From Callorhinchus milii (Eukaryota), in assembly GCF_018977255.1 (NCBI RefSeq), contig NW_024704742.1, positions 85,004,001 through 85,068,000 on the forward strand: a stretch of 64,000 nucleotides of DNA, given 5' to 3'. The stretch's first letter is position 1. Each line of letters opens with the position of its first letter. Position numbers and translations under genes: made by a program. Of the stretch, positions 13,551-26,285 are shown piece by piece. The notes below the pieces were generated by a model. That model was given only the letters and a program-made list of their open reading frames with translations. It was not told where the DNA came from and ran no database searches.

Positions 13551-13906
13551 AGAGTACTATAGTGTAGTGGTTAATGCGCTCCCTTCGCAAGCGAGAGGAC
13601 ACAGGTTTTTGCAGGGCAAAACCTTAGGTAAGTTTCTTTGCTTCACCCGTCTGTTTACCTAGCAGTAGGTAGGAAACCGGTTGTTAAGTCAATTGGCGGA
13701 TCTCTTTCCAGGGATAATAAACCCTCAAAGAAAAACTTGCTCAGTCAATCCCCTACTGTTTGTGGGACACTGCTGTGCGCAATTGGCTGCCTTTTTTCAC
13801 CCAAGAAATTTGCATTCAATGTATTTTACAATATTCTGTGAAGTGCTTTGATATGTCTGAACGATGTGATAAGATGCTATATATCAAATCCAAGGATTAT
13901 TATTAT
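13551..13906 (+). mobile_element. tRNA-derived SINE (long form)
   Basis: tRNA head, body, tail ...aaggattattatta. Confidence 0.9.
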
Positions 13907-14736
13907 CTGTTGCGATGATGGGTTAGCGTTGACTAAATTTGCGATCAAACCAGTCGATACTGGTGACTGCTGATATCTTCGGGCTCAACCATTGCAATAA
14001 CTTTGGAGGTTGGGGCACTCCACTAAAAATACTGGTTCATACTGACGTATGATTTTATGGGCGGCATATTTGACTGGGGTGTGGAGGGGGGGTGGAGAGA
14101 GCTGGGTCTAATCCTGCCCTTACACTGGTCATACAAGTACACCTGCCTGGGTGGTTCACTTCAACAGACCAGTAGCCAAGGAGCACTCGCGGAATCTTGT
14201 TTTCCCTCCTCAGATCATGGGTCCAGAGGTCAATTATGGTGTCCTGGCGCCAAGGTAATTTGTAACACAAATTGTAACACCCCAACTGATGCTGGGATAA
14301 AATTTGTTATTGAACTCAATCCAGGAACCGATGTGGATCAAAGCCAGGCTATTGGTAGAGCACTTTTTTTAAAAAAATGGGTGAAAGGTCCATTAATTGC
14401 TGCAAGCTTAAGGATGAGAAATGCGTCCATTCCTACTCCAGAGTTGCACACATGAATGCAGATTGCTTACTGAAAGTTGTCCCACTGATATGGTTGCATG
14501 TGACCTTGTGTGAATTCTGACCCAGATAATGTGAGTCACAGAGCACAAAGAGCAGCAGTCAGCAGCTGTGTGATACATAGGTGAAGGGCTCTATTTGTAC
14601 AGTGTTCAGATGGGGGGGTAATGGCATTGGTGGGGAAAAGTACATTCCACTGACTTTCCTGCAGATTTTTCTTTGCTCAAAATGTGTGATTAAAGCACCC
14701 AGGAATTTTTAATTCACATTGACTGGACTAATTGCT

Positions 14737-14905
14737 GATAGAATCATAGAATCTTACAGCAAAGAAGGAGGCCATTTGTCCTATTGTGCCTGTGTAGGCT
14801 CTTTGAAAGAGGTATTGAATTCCCCCGCTCTTTCCCCATAGTCTTGCAATGTTTTTATTTTCAAATTGGGAAATGCCCAATTTCCTTTTGAAAGTTATTA
14901 TTGAA
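14737..14905 (-). mobile_element. CR1 3' end fragment
   Basis: atagaatcatagaatc tail on minus strand. Confidence 0.8.
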
Positions 14906-14941
14906 TTGCAACCAATTTCGCACAGCAGTGTTCCACAAACA

Positions 14942-15570
14942 CTGTTAAAAAAGCGTACGGGATACTCGTCTTTATAAATAGAGGCATAAAATACAAAAGT
15001 CAGGAAATTATGATGAACCTTTATAAAACACTGGTTAGGCTGCAGCTAGTGTACTATGTTCAGTTCTGAGCACCACACTTTAGGAAGGATGTCAAGGTAT
15101 TGGAGAAGGTGCAAAGGAGATTTACCAGGGTGGTACCAGAAGAGGCTAGAGACGCTAGGATTATTCTCCTTGGAGCAGAGAAGGTTAAGAGGAGACTCGA
15201 TAGAAGTTTTCAAAATTATGAGGGGCTTCGATAGGGTGAACAAGGAGAAACTTATTTCCACTGGCGGGTGGGTCAGCAACCTGAGGAAACCGATTTAAAA
15301 TAGTTGTTAAAAAAAATGGGCGGTGAGGAGAAATTTTTTCACACAGCGAGTTGTTCAGATCTGGAATGCGCTGCCTGAAAGGGTGGTGGAAGCCAATTCG
15401 ATAACAGCTTTGAAGAGAGAAGTAGATAATTATTCGGGGAGGACAAGTTTACAGGGCTATGGGGAGAGCGCGGGGGAGTGGGATTGAACTGAATAGCTCG
15501 TTTCAAAGAGTCGGCACAGATACGATGGGTTGAAATGGCCTTCTGTGCTGTACAATTCTATGATTCTATG
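14942..15570 (+). mobile_element. CR1 3' fragment inserted in a SINE; TSD AAACA (14937-14941 / 15571-15575)
   Basis: LGLFSLEQRRLRGD; tail TTCTATGATTCTATG. Confidence 0.92.
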
Positions 15571-15795
15571 AAACAGTCGTGGATTGAGTGACCAACTTTT
15601 TTTGTTCTGTTTTTTTGAGGGATTATTACCCCAGAAAGCGATCTGCCAATCGACTTAACAACTGGGTTCCTATTTACTGCTAGGTAAACAGAGGTGTGTG
15701 GAGTAACCAAATTTGCCTAAGGTTTTGCCCCACCTGGCAATCAAACCTAGGTCATCTCACTTGCGAAAGTGCTAACCACTATGCCACAATGTCTT
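15571..15795 (-). mobile_element. 5' half of a SINE split by the CR1 insertion (other part 14907-14941)
   Basis: SINE sequence is continuous across the TSD. Confidence 0.85.
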
Positions 15796-17740
15796 CAGAG
15801 CAGGAGATAGATTGACAGGGAGGGGAAAAGTGTATCAGCATGTCCTCTAAATGAATAAGCTCTTCCTTTCACTCCACCCGCCCTGTCTAGTGTCGGATAA
15901 GAAGAGGGAACAAGGCAGCTTTTCTGCTCCATTTCATTCTTTACTGCAGAAGTTTTTTTTTCGAAGGCGTAACTGTGTGCAGGTGAGCTGATAAATAGGT
16001 GTCCCGTGACGAGTGGTGCTGGTTTGTTTGTTGGTGACAGAGAGAAAGAAAGTGCTGTTTGGCAGTGTAATGTTACAGCAATATCATTTGCATGCTCTGA
16101 CACAAAGTGTAGGTTTGAAATTGGCATCAGGACAAGTTGCAGAGTTGTGACCCAGTGCAGAGAGAGACTCAGTGAAAAGGGCTGCCAGAAACACAAATCC
16201 CCAACAGGTAAGATGTCTAGGCTGCTGTTACTGACTGAAAAAACTTGCATTTATATAGCAACCCTTACACAGGTAGCATCCTAGGGAGCTTGAAAAACAC
16301 TAACATCCTCCTGCAAAATACACCTGCTATACTTGAGTATAAATCCTTTGAAGTGTTTTGAGATGACCTCCTGACGTGAAAGGCACTATATCAAATGCAA
16401 CTATTTTAAAATTCCTTTTTGTCCTTGCATTTGATATAATGCCTATAAACGTTGGAAAGTCACAAAATTCTTTAGAGTAATTATTGTTCAGTGTACTGGG
16501 TGTATTTGTAGGCAAATACATAGCCAATTTTCACACAGCAATGTTGTACGCACTGCCAGGAAGTGAGTGACCTATTTTATCTGTAGGTCTGTTGGCCAGA
16601 ACAGGGTGAGAAATTCTCTTTTTTGAATGTCATGGATTCTTTAAAGACCACCTGAAGCTGGGACCTTGGTTTGATATCTCATCCGAAAGATGGCATCTCT
16701 GACAATTCAGTGCTCCCCCAGCACTGCGGTGGACGTGTCAGCCTGGACCTTGAGCTGAAAGTACTGACGTGGGGCTTGAACCCACAATCTTCTGTCTCAG
16801 AGGCAAGAATGCAACCAACTAAGCCAGTCTGACACCTTTATAGGCAGGTTCAGCTTTAGGGCGTCCCCATGCAACTTGAACACCCAGTTGGTGCGTGATT
16901 CAGTTTTACATTGAGCAGATGTTCATTTCTGATTCTCTGTATTTAAAAAAAGTACAACAAATTAGATTTGTATAGCACCTTTTACGTCAGTAGGACGTGC
17001 CAAGGCATTGGACAATCAGGGATCGCCTTACATGGATCATGTTTATAAATATATATATATACATATACCAAAAATAAACAAATAAATCATTTTTTTAAAA
17101 TTCGGTCACTTAATTCAGGACTGTGAGACATTGCTTTGTACAATTAGCTGCCGCATTTCTCCCACAAAATACAGTCAATCCACTTCACAATATATTCTGC
17201 AAAGCGCTTTGAGACATCTCAACGACATGATAAGGATAAGGCTCTATATCAAATGCCAGGATTATTAATATTATTATGATATATTTCCCAAAGAATCAAA
17301 TGTTCCAAGGAGAGTGTTTGTGATCGCCTGGCTGGCATTTCTTCTGCACTTGAGCTTTGTTCAGCCAGCTACGGCAACATCAGAGCTGCTGTGCTGAGTT
17401 ACTGACGTGCAACTCTTGTCTCCTGTTTTGAAAATTCTTAGCATTTTTCGACAGCTTTGTGCTTGTTTTTCTGCCAATCAAAATGAGAAATGTGGATGAG
17501 GGAGAGACCGACACTCTCACACATTTTGTACCCAGCAGCATATAGGAATTTCCTACATGTTTAGAAACAAATCTGTCTTGGAGACACAATCTCCTGAAGA
17601 TATACCAGAGAGATACTGATTTTGAAGTGGACAGGCTTGACTTCCTCCTGCAATTGAATCAAAGGCGAGCAGGTGGAGAACAACTCACAAGATGAACCGG
17701 AATCTGGAACACCTTGCATGTATTTGTACTCGTATCAGAA

Positions 17741-18084
17741 ATAATAATCCTTGCATTTGATATAGCACTTTATTATGTCTTCAAGATGTCTCAAGGCACT
17801 TCACAGAATATACTGTAAAGTGAATTGACTATGTTTTGTGGTTGAAACGCAGCAACCAATTGTACACAGCAGTGTCCCATAAACAGTTGTGGATTGAAGT
17901 GACCAATTCTTTTAAGGAATTATTACTCCCGGAAAAGCAATTCCCAACCGGGTTCCTATTTACTGCTAGGTAAACAGAGGCGTGAGAAGTAAGGAAACTT
18001 GCCCAACGTTTTGCCCTGCTGGGAATTGAACCCAGGTCTCTCGCTTGCGAGGCGAGTGCTCTAACCACTGAGCTATAGGACTCC
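17741..18084 (-). mobile_element. full-length tRNA-derived SINE (long form)
   Basis: A box TAGCTCAGTGG, B box GGTTCAATTCC, Deu-like body, (TTA)n tail. Confidence 0.95.
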
Positions 18085-18680
18085 ACAGTCATGTGAAGGA
18101 TGGGTATTCTGACCTTCCATGTCGATGGAGAGTAACGTTCCCTATGCACTTCTTATTGTGAGCCTTGCTTTGAGTGCTTTTGCTAATTTAGTTGCTAATT
18201 ATTTAGTTGCTGTTTTGTGAGTTTGCTGACTGGGTGCTGGGTTGAATCTATGCAAACTCACTCTATTTGGGATTCTTGCAGCAGGCAGAGAGAAGGCTTT
18301 TATCCCATCAGTCTGGGCTGGTCATAATCAGAAGACCTAGAGGTAAAAGTGTGCTAAACTCACTGCACTGCACAATTTCCTCCTCTCAGTATCTACTGCG
18401 AACAGAAAAATCTATTTTACCGTTTAACTTCAGTGGCAAAGGTGATGTTTTTCCTCTTTTAGTTGAATTTGGTGGCGCCTTACTTTTCACTGCTTTTATA
18501 AATAATTCAGAGCTTTTCCATTTGGGAATTAATTTGAATCAAAACTTCCTTAGGGCCTGTAAAATTATGCTATTCATAGAAAATTCAATTCAAACTAACA
18601 CTACAGGCAAAGCAAGTCCATTAAATAAGTAAGTGACTCGCATGGAGTAATCATTCAAAATGAAAAAATTGAGTGTCCAT

Positions 18681-19075
18681 CTGGCTTGGCTCAGTTGTTA
18701 GCACGCTTCCCTCTTGGTCAGAAGGTTATGGGTTGAAGCCCCACATCAGGACTTGAGCTCACAGTCCAGGTTGACACTCTAGCACAATATTGGAGCGTTG
18801 GCAGAGGTGCTGCCTTTCGGACAAGGTGTTAAGTCAAAACCCAACATTGCTTCTTCTTCAAGAGGATTTTAAAGATATTAAAGATCCCTTATGACTATTT
18901 GAAAAAAGATGGGAGTTTGTTTCTCTTGAGGTCTGGGCAACAATTCTTCAGTTAATGGCTGTTTGTGGTATCTTTCTGTGGGCAAATAGGCTTCTGTGTT
19001 TGCCTGCAAAAACAGTCACTACACTTTACAGTTATTGCTTGTGAAACTCTTGAGATGCTTCAGGTGTAATGATAA
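18681..19075 (+). mobile_element. older, distinct Deu-domain SINE (SacSINE1-like); related minus-strand copies at ~16480-16830, ~30310-30760, ~8190-8465
   Basis: tRNA head ggcttggctcagttgttagcac...tcagaaggttatgggttgaagcccc, Deu-like tgtggtatctttctgtgggcaaataggc; family name from recalled similarity only. Confidence 0.7.
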
Positions 19076-20698
19076 TAAAACCTTCGACTGTCCAGTCTCT
19101 TGGGACGTCCTCCCAAAGTGAAAGGCAATTTGTTGTTGTTGTACCTGTTACACTTTGGAGTTCAGGGTTTTTCAGGAAGTGGCCGAACTGCTGACAGCAG
19201 GATTATCAGGGACTCCAGCAAGGAATTCATCTTGAACCATGATCTGTTCTGCTGCTCTTTACGAAGGTCCAGTGTGAACTGTTTTGGGCGGTCCCAATCT
19301 AGTCCCAATCTACATCTGCTCACAGGTATAAATTAGCCCTGAACTGGCACTTGCTCAGAGGCCATCAAGTTGGTATATGTGGGAAATGGAAATGTGACAC
19401 TGTTGAGTTTGGGGTTTGAATACATGGTTGGAGCATGTTAAAGAAACCTCACTCTGCCTGTAGCCTGTGCTATACACAACGTACCAGAAACAGAAGGGGG
19501 TTCTGTCCACCATTACCTTGTGAGTGTGTACTGTAAAAAACCAGAACCCCCCCTAAAGTTTTGGATGTGAAGCCTGCTCGAACGAGTGATGTTAAACTTG
19601 ACATGGCATTAGGGTTCATTGTACAGCCAGAGGCACACTGTTAAAGAAGCGCTGCTCATTGTGAGTGACATTTCATAATCCGGAAAGCTGTTTCATTTTC
19701 ATTTCCGATTATCATTCAAACAGTACTTCTGCCTAAAGCTTCAGTGAGCCTCTCAGTCTCCCATTCTGTCTTTGCCAGAACCAGTGTAATGGGTGAGCCG
19801 TTGTGCTTTTTTTTTACCCAATTGAGTTGATGATGTTTAAATCCCACAACTGCATATTGCAATGTGACTTTTATTTGTTTGGGTTTTTCTTTGAAGCATG
19901 AAGCCCAGGGATATTTTCACAACTCCAGTTTAAATTGATGCGGTGAGAATGGGCAATCATTCCTGGGAAATGGGAAATAAAAGTGAGGTTTCTGAGGCGA
20001 AACCTCAGGGAAGAACATTTTGCTCCACTACTCACGCAATCGGCAAGAGGCAGATGCTTATAGGAGCATGCGTTACTCAGCGATGTAACTTTTTACACAT
20101 ATTTATAATCAATTCTATGAAGTATCAATGGCTGATTTTAATTTTTAAAAATGTCTTTTAAGTGTCAAACTATTAGGTATTTGTAACTTTTGTTCTGGTC
20201 CGTGGGCTGATGTGAACAGAAGTTGCGCATCAGCAGTTGGAGGGGGATTGAACCTAGTCTGGGGTCACAAGGGCCGAGTCCCTCGCCCCAACAATCTTAA
20301 CTTCAAACACTGAATGTGATATGTTTTTCACAATTGGGGCCGTTCACTTCACATAATTTCTTCCCCCTACCGCCCTCTCCTACTATTTTCTTGAATTTAT
20401 TTTGTGCTCAGCAAAGTTAATGTGGCACGTCCTGGGAATCGGCCCAGTCTCCATGAGACCACAGTTAATGTGCTCTCCTCACTTCTCTGGTGCAGTCCAG
20501 CCCACCTTTATTGCCACTGAACACATTTTTCCCTTTTCTTGCTGAGAAACCATAATCTTGCATTTGGACCATTTTCAATGAACTTTAGAAATGTTCTATT
20601 TGACGCTGATATTTGCGAATATTGGACTTTCTATTGACCGCTTTTGCTTTGTGCCCTTTTCCCTTTGTTGATTTAACCCTGTACCTTATTCAATAATC

Positions 20699-21003
20699 AT
20701 AATAATCCTTGCATTTGATATAGTCTCATATAGATGTCCTCCTGACGTGAAAGGCGCTCTATAAATGGAATCTTGTTGTTGTTGTTGTTGTTGTCTCAAA
20801 GTGCTTCACAGAATATATTGGAGGGATTATTACCCCTGTAAAGCGATCCACCAATCGACTAACAACCAGGTTCCAATTTACGGCTAGGTAAACAGGCGTG
20901 TGGAGTAAGGAAACTAGCCTACGGTTTTAGCCCACCCGGGAATCGAACCCAGATTCTCTCGCTTGTGAGGCAAGCATGCTTACCACTATGTTACAGGACT
21001 CCA
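20699..21003 (-). mobile_element. internally deleted SINE carrying a tiny L2-tail insertion
   Basis: head and tail present, Deu-like body missing. Confidence 0.85.
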
Positions 21004-21500
21004 TTTCCTTTTTAAACTGAGCCAAACAGGGGCTTGGCATTTTCAAAAATTGATCCACTATAATTCCAGATAAGTGTAAGGCTGTTCTGTTCACCACACG
21101 CTCCCTCCTCCCTTTGTTTAGTAGTTTCAACACTCATGATATTTACACTGACCCTTGTTGAACCATATCTGCCACCTGCTGGCCTGGTTATTAAAATATC
21201 CTAATCATTCTGAATCCAGTTGCATTGCTACTCGTTCTTTGCTCCAGCTTCTATTTTAGTCTCTTTCATAAAAGCGGAGATTTTTGCTAACGATATATTC
21301 ACCCAGTTCATTAACTGTAGATGGAATCCAAACTGAAGTATTATGAGAGACTCCCATTCTTTCTCTCTTTCTGTCTCTCTTCCAACCTCCATCACTGTCA
21401 GAACATTTTCCTAGTTTGAGAGACTGTTTCACAACTGGTTACTATCAAGTGAAGCGACCTGGCGTTGTGACAGTCAGTTCGGTCCATAGCAAGGTCCCAC

Positions 21501-22570
21501 AAACAACAACAAGATTACATTTGTATAGCACCTTTCAGTCGGGAGGACGTCCCAATGCTCTGGACAGTGTACAGCATTTCAGACCCAAGCTGGGGTCAGG
21601 GAGGGAGTAGGGAGGGGAGAGGAAAGAGGGTGGCCGATGGCATAGTTGGAGAGTTTTGAGGCGGGATTTGAAGGAGGCTAAGGAGGGGGCGAGGCGGAGT
21701 GATTGGGGGATGGAATTCCAGAGGTTGGGGGCAGAGTGGCTGAAGGCTCTCCCGCCAATGGTGGGGCAGGTGAGTTGGGTTACGTGGAGCAGGCCAGAGC
21801 CGGCTGAGCGGAGGGAGCGGGCGGGTTGGTAGGGGGTAAAGAGGTCACAGAGGTACGGTGGGGCGAGGCCATGGAAGGCTTTGTAGGTGAGGACTAGGAA
21901 CTTGAACTGGATCCTCTGAAGGATAGGGAGCCAATGGAGTCGGGTGAGAGTGGGGAGAGGACACGGGCTGCAGAGTTCTAGATTATCTGCAACTTGTGAA
22001 GGGAGGAGTTGGGAAGGCCGACAAGCAGGGCATTTGCATAGTCGAACCAGGAGGTGATGAAGGCACGAACAAGAGTTTCAGTGGCCTGAGGGGTGAGGTA
22101 GTGGTGGAGTCGGGCGATGTTACGGAGGTGAGGGAAGGCAGAGTGGGTCATGGCTTGGATATGGAGAAGAAAAGACAATTGAGGGTCGAACAAGACACCT
22201 GGGTTCCTGACTGGTTTGGTGAGTTGAACCGTGCAACCGTGGAGGTTGATGCTGCCAGAGCCTGAGATGCAGAGGCGCTGGCGTGAGCCAATCAGGAGGG
22301 CCTCAGTCTTGTTCACATTCAACTGTAGGAAATTTGCCCTCATCCAGGACTTGATGTCTGACAGACAGTCTGTCAGGACAGCAGTGGTCCTGGAGTTGAG
22401 GGTGGAGGCAGAAAGATAGAGTTGGGTGTCATCCGCATACATATGGAACATGTCTGCGGATGATGTGACCAAGGGGGAACATGTAGATATTAAAGAGGAG
22501 AGGGCCAAGGACAGAGGCCTTGGGGACGCCAGACATGACAGTGTGGGGGCTGGAGGAGAAACCGTTAGAG
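21501..22570 (-). mobile_element. 5'-truncated L2 LINE
   Basis: RT motif YADDTQLY, LQLNVNKTE, (TTG)n tail; frameshifted. Confidence 0.95.
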
Positions 22571-23316
22571 GCAACAAAGTGGAGACAGTGAGAGAGATAG
22601 GAATCAAACCAGGCAAGGGCAGATCCACGAGATTAAGTAAAGATTAAACAGGCACTGACCCACCATTACATCTTACTAAATCTCTGCTGAGTTGTGACCT
22701 GCTCCTATTGCGTGCTTTTCCAAAGGGGTTTTACAAGCACTGTACTGAGTCCAGCCTTGTATTAGTGCCAACAGACGCGTGTGTTTTTTTAAAAAAAACT
22801 CCTTCATATGGTTTTAAGTGACACAAATAGTCCACAGGGTTGTGGCGCAGAAATTTCACCATTACTGGTAATCAAAGCCACTGGAAACAGTTGACCAGTG
22901 TGTTGGGAATTGGCTGTCTGTGGCGTAGAGGTGAGAGCATGACATAAGAATTTGATGTGCATGCTGGAACCGATATTAATACTACATTCACAAGACTTCT
23001 TATTGCCAGACAATTACAGAATCTGTGTACAGTTAATATCTAGGACTCATGATTTTGTTTTCATGCCCAGAAGGAGCACAATCGGTAACTCACAAGTTCT
23101 GGTGTTGTACATTGAGTGGTGGTGGGAGGGAGTTGGTTGGTTGGTGCGAAGTGGCCTATGAGTGTGAATCAAGACTGGGATCTGTCTGCTGGAAGCTGTT
23201 GTACAAACCCTCTCTCTACATTTTGTGTCTGAGATTAAAACACGTTCTTGTTCAGGTATCACTGGTGTTCTGTAATGTGTCGAACAAATCTCTCCACTTG
23301 CATTGCTTAACATTGT

Positions 23317-23622
23317 GAAGTCCTGTAGCTCAGTGGTTAGAGCACTCGCTTTGCAAGCGAGAGACCTGAGTTCAATTCCAGGCAGAGGGCGAAACCTTGG
23401 GCAAGTTTCCTTACTCCACACACCTAATAATAATCCCTCCAAAAACAATAATAAAAATTGGTCATTTTCAATCTACGACTATTTGTGAGACATTGCTGTG
23501 CGCAATTGGCTGCTGCCTTTCACCCACAAAATATACGGTTAATTCACTCTACAATATATTCTGTGAAGCACTTTGAGACGTCTCAACAATAAGGCGCTAT
23601 CTCAAATGCAAGGATTATTATT
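23317..23622 (+). mobile_element. full-length tRNA-derived SINE (short form)
   Basis: GTCCTGTAGCTCAGTGGTTAGAGC head; lacks the central segment of the long form. Confidence 0.95.
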
Positions 23623-24577
23623 GTCTATTTGATTCTTCTAATTCGTCACAGAACCCTCACTCCCTAACTGTGAAACAACTCATGAATGTGGAGTTCTGGT
23701 GACAACATGAACCAGAGCTTTTGGTTTCACAACTATCCCAGGACTCTTGACTTTCCCACCCTCAAGAGTTTGGGATATTTCTTATCTCCAGCACCAGAGA
23801 GACCCTCCACAGAATATCTTGTTTTAATTCAATATTTTTCCTCCACTTTTTATCTCGTGAAAACATTTGTTTCTTCTCCTCCTGGGGTACATATCCATGG
23901 TTGCAGGTTACCCTTTAGTACCTCGACCACAAGGCCAATGTGAAGTCTTGGTGTAGATTGTCGGCAGGCAATTTGAGTGTAACACAGCCGAACACAATCA
24001 TGCATTCGCATGATGTTCACGTGCTCACACTTTGCAACATGAGTCGGTGGGTCACAGGCAGGAGCAGGGGGACCCTGGCTGAACTGGTATTTTATCTCCT
24101 TTGCTCGCCCAACACCACCAAGGCCAAAGGTAGCATCCCGTGTTTTGCTCCTAGTCAGATCAGTTAATTCAGTCAGTGGTGGTTGTGAATTGAACCTGTG
24201 GCTTTCTGTATGCTGGTTTGTATGGCTCAGTGCTGTGTTTTAAGCCATAAAGCGGATCTTCTCGGCTCAAAGTTGTAAATCAACTCTTGAAGAGGAAGCT
24301 GCTGGCAGTGCTATTTTGTGAAGAGCTGCTCTGTACACTTACTCAGCTGATGGATGTTGATGTCTGTACAATGCCTCTACCATTTGTAGCAGCCATGCGC
24401 TTTGCAACTTTACAAATCGTGTTGGAGTGTTTCTCGTTTGATTTGTTTTAATGTCCTATCTGGATGAAAAAATAACCTTGTAATGGGTGCAGTTATTGGT
24501 GCTGTCAGGTCAAGGAAGGAGATAAAGTGTCTGTTTGTGTACAAACTGCAATAATTATTCTCTCCCAATATCTTCAG

Positions 24578-24676
24578 TTGAAGCCAATGGAGGCAAGGCT
24601 TTACCATGCATTGTGGACGTGCGAGATGAGCAGCAAATCAGCAATGCAGTCGAGAATGCCGTGAAGACATTTGGAG
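24578..24676 (+). CDS. HSDL2: HSDL2 coding exon 3 (IEANGGKALPCIVDVRDEQQISNAVENAVKTFG)
   Basis: tcttcag| ... |gtacgt; 99 nt; in phase with neighbours. Confidence 0.96.
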
Positions 24677-26037
24677 GTACGTTGGGATGGTTGGTGTGAA
24701 GTCTGCTGGTTCCTACCTGTTTGCGGTGATTATTCTGTCTGCTGGGCTCGTTGATAACACCCGAGCCTGCATTGCCAGCATTTAATCGAGAGATTCAGTG
24801 ATCTACAGATACAATCACTACACTTTACAGTAAAATCCTGTGAAGTGCTTTTCAACGTTTCAACAAAGTGATAATGTGCTGTACCAAATGCATGGATTTG
24901 CAATTGGTGATGGTGGTTTAATTGATTTTAATACGACAAAGTGAAAATTTTGATCTGAATTAGCACAAATTGTGCTGTCAACATTGAAAAAAAGAGAGGT
25001 GGGGCACTCATTCTTTCTGCCCCCTCCTCCCCTCCCCCCACCCCCACACCCATCCTCCAAGAAGTTCACAACGGTTGTGTGCAGAAGCCGGCCTTGACCA
25101 TAGTGGACTTGTGAGTCACAACATTGTGCCTCTGGTTAGCAGGATACTGTAGAGGAGAGGAGCACATCCTCCCTGGTACATCCATGCTTCCAATTTTCAC
25201 CAACTTTAAATTCAGATCCTTTTGTGCCCCCTCCTGTAGCGTCCCTCATGTCCCTTCCTGGAGCACCACAGTATATTTCCAGATTCCTCAGAGGTCTGCT
25301 CTGGGTACCAAGACACAAAATTTGGGGTGGGGCTTTCACAGAAACAACCACAGTAACTGAGTGGGTGGCTAGAACGAAGAGTTTGACTATGCTAATACCA
25401 TGTCACTAATGTTTCCCATTCCTTTTTTCACCACACCTCTCCCCCCTCCTCCAGCTTTTAAGATGGTAAATAGAGAATTGTTGTGCAGATTCCCCCTAAT
25501 GGTTCAGTTTATAAATACAGCCTCCCAGGATTGAACCATCAAACAAACTGGCATCCCGCATAGCTTGGAAACATTCTTGTGTTCAGATGCCAATCATCTT
25601 TTCAGTTGTTGTACTGAGGTTCGTGTAAATACTAACGGTTTTATCTTCTCCCCATCTTTTCCTGCTGCCATTATGTATCCAACCCTCTTTGTCTACCACT
25701 TCACACCACAGCACTTCGAGACTCTACCCCGCATGAAGGGCACTAAGTAAATGCAAGTTGTTATTCACTTAGTGAATAATTCACTTAGTGTGGTGCGTGC
25801 TTTTGAGGTTCCTTCACATAGTTGGTTCACTGACATTCCCCACAGTCTGGCCCGTATAACCTTATACTATTGGCTGTGTCTTGGGTTTCCCCTAGGGAAA
25901 GAGCAGCTCCAAGCTGCAAGTGTTTGGTCCCGTGAACCTGATAATAAACATTATTTGGTAAACTAGTAGGTTATTTTAATGGAAACCAAAAGGCGTGAAT
26001 CCTCTCTAAGTTTAATAGTTTCCTATTACTCCTCCAG

Positions 26038-26152
26038 GCATAGATATTTTGGTGAATAACGCTAGTGCGATTAACCTCACTGGGACCCTGGACACCCCGA
26101 TGAAGAAAGTGGACCTGATGATGAGCATTAACAGCAGGGGAACATACTTAAC
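26038..26152 (+). CDS. HSDL2: HSDL2 coding exon 4 (GIDILVNNASAINLTGTLDTPMKKVDLMMSINSRGTYLT)
   Basis: ctccag| ... |gtgagt; SDR DILVNNA motif; 115 nt. Confidence 0.97.
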
Positions 26153-26285
26153 GTGAGTAGTTGAAACGTTTGTCACATTCCCGCTTTGTGATGGTGAGTG
26201 TCAGCACGCTGTTCAACAGCCTGAGAATAGATACTGTGGTCAAGCATAATCCTGTCCTCACTCGAGGCCTGAAATACATTGGAAG

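Noticed and set aside
19496..19551. 10-bp inverted repeat GGGGGTTCTG/CAGAACCCCC
   Set aside because: Short, single occurrence, no TSD or family support for a MITE
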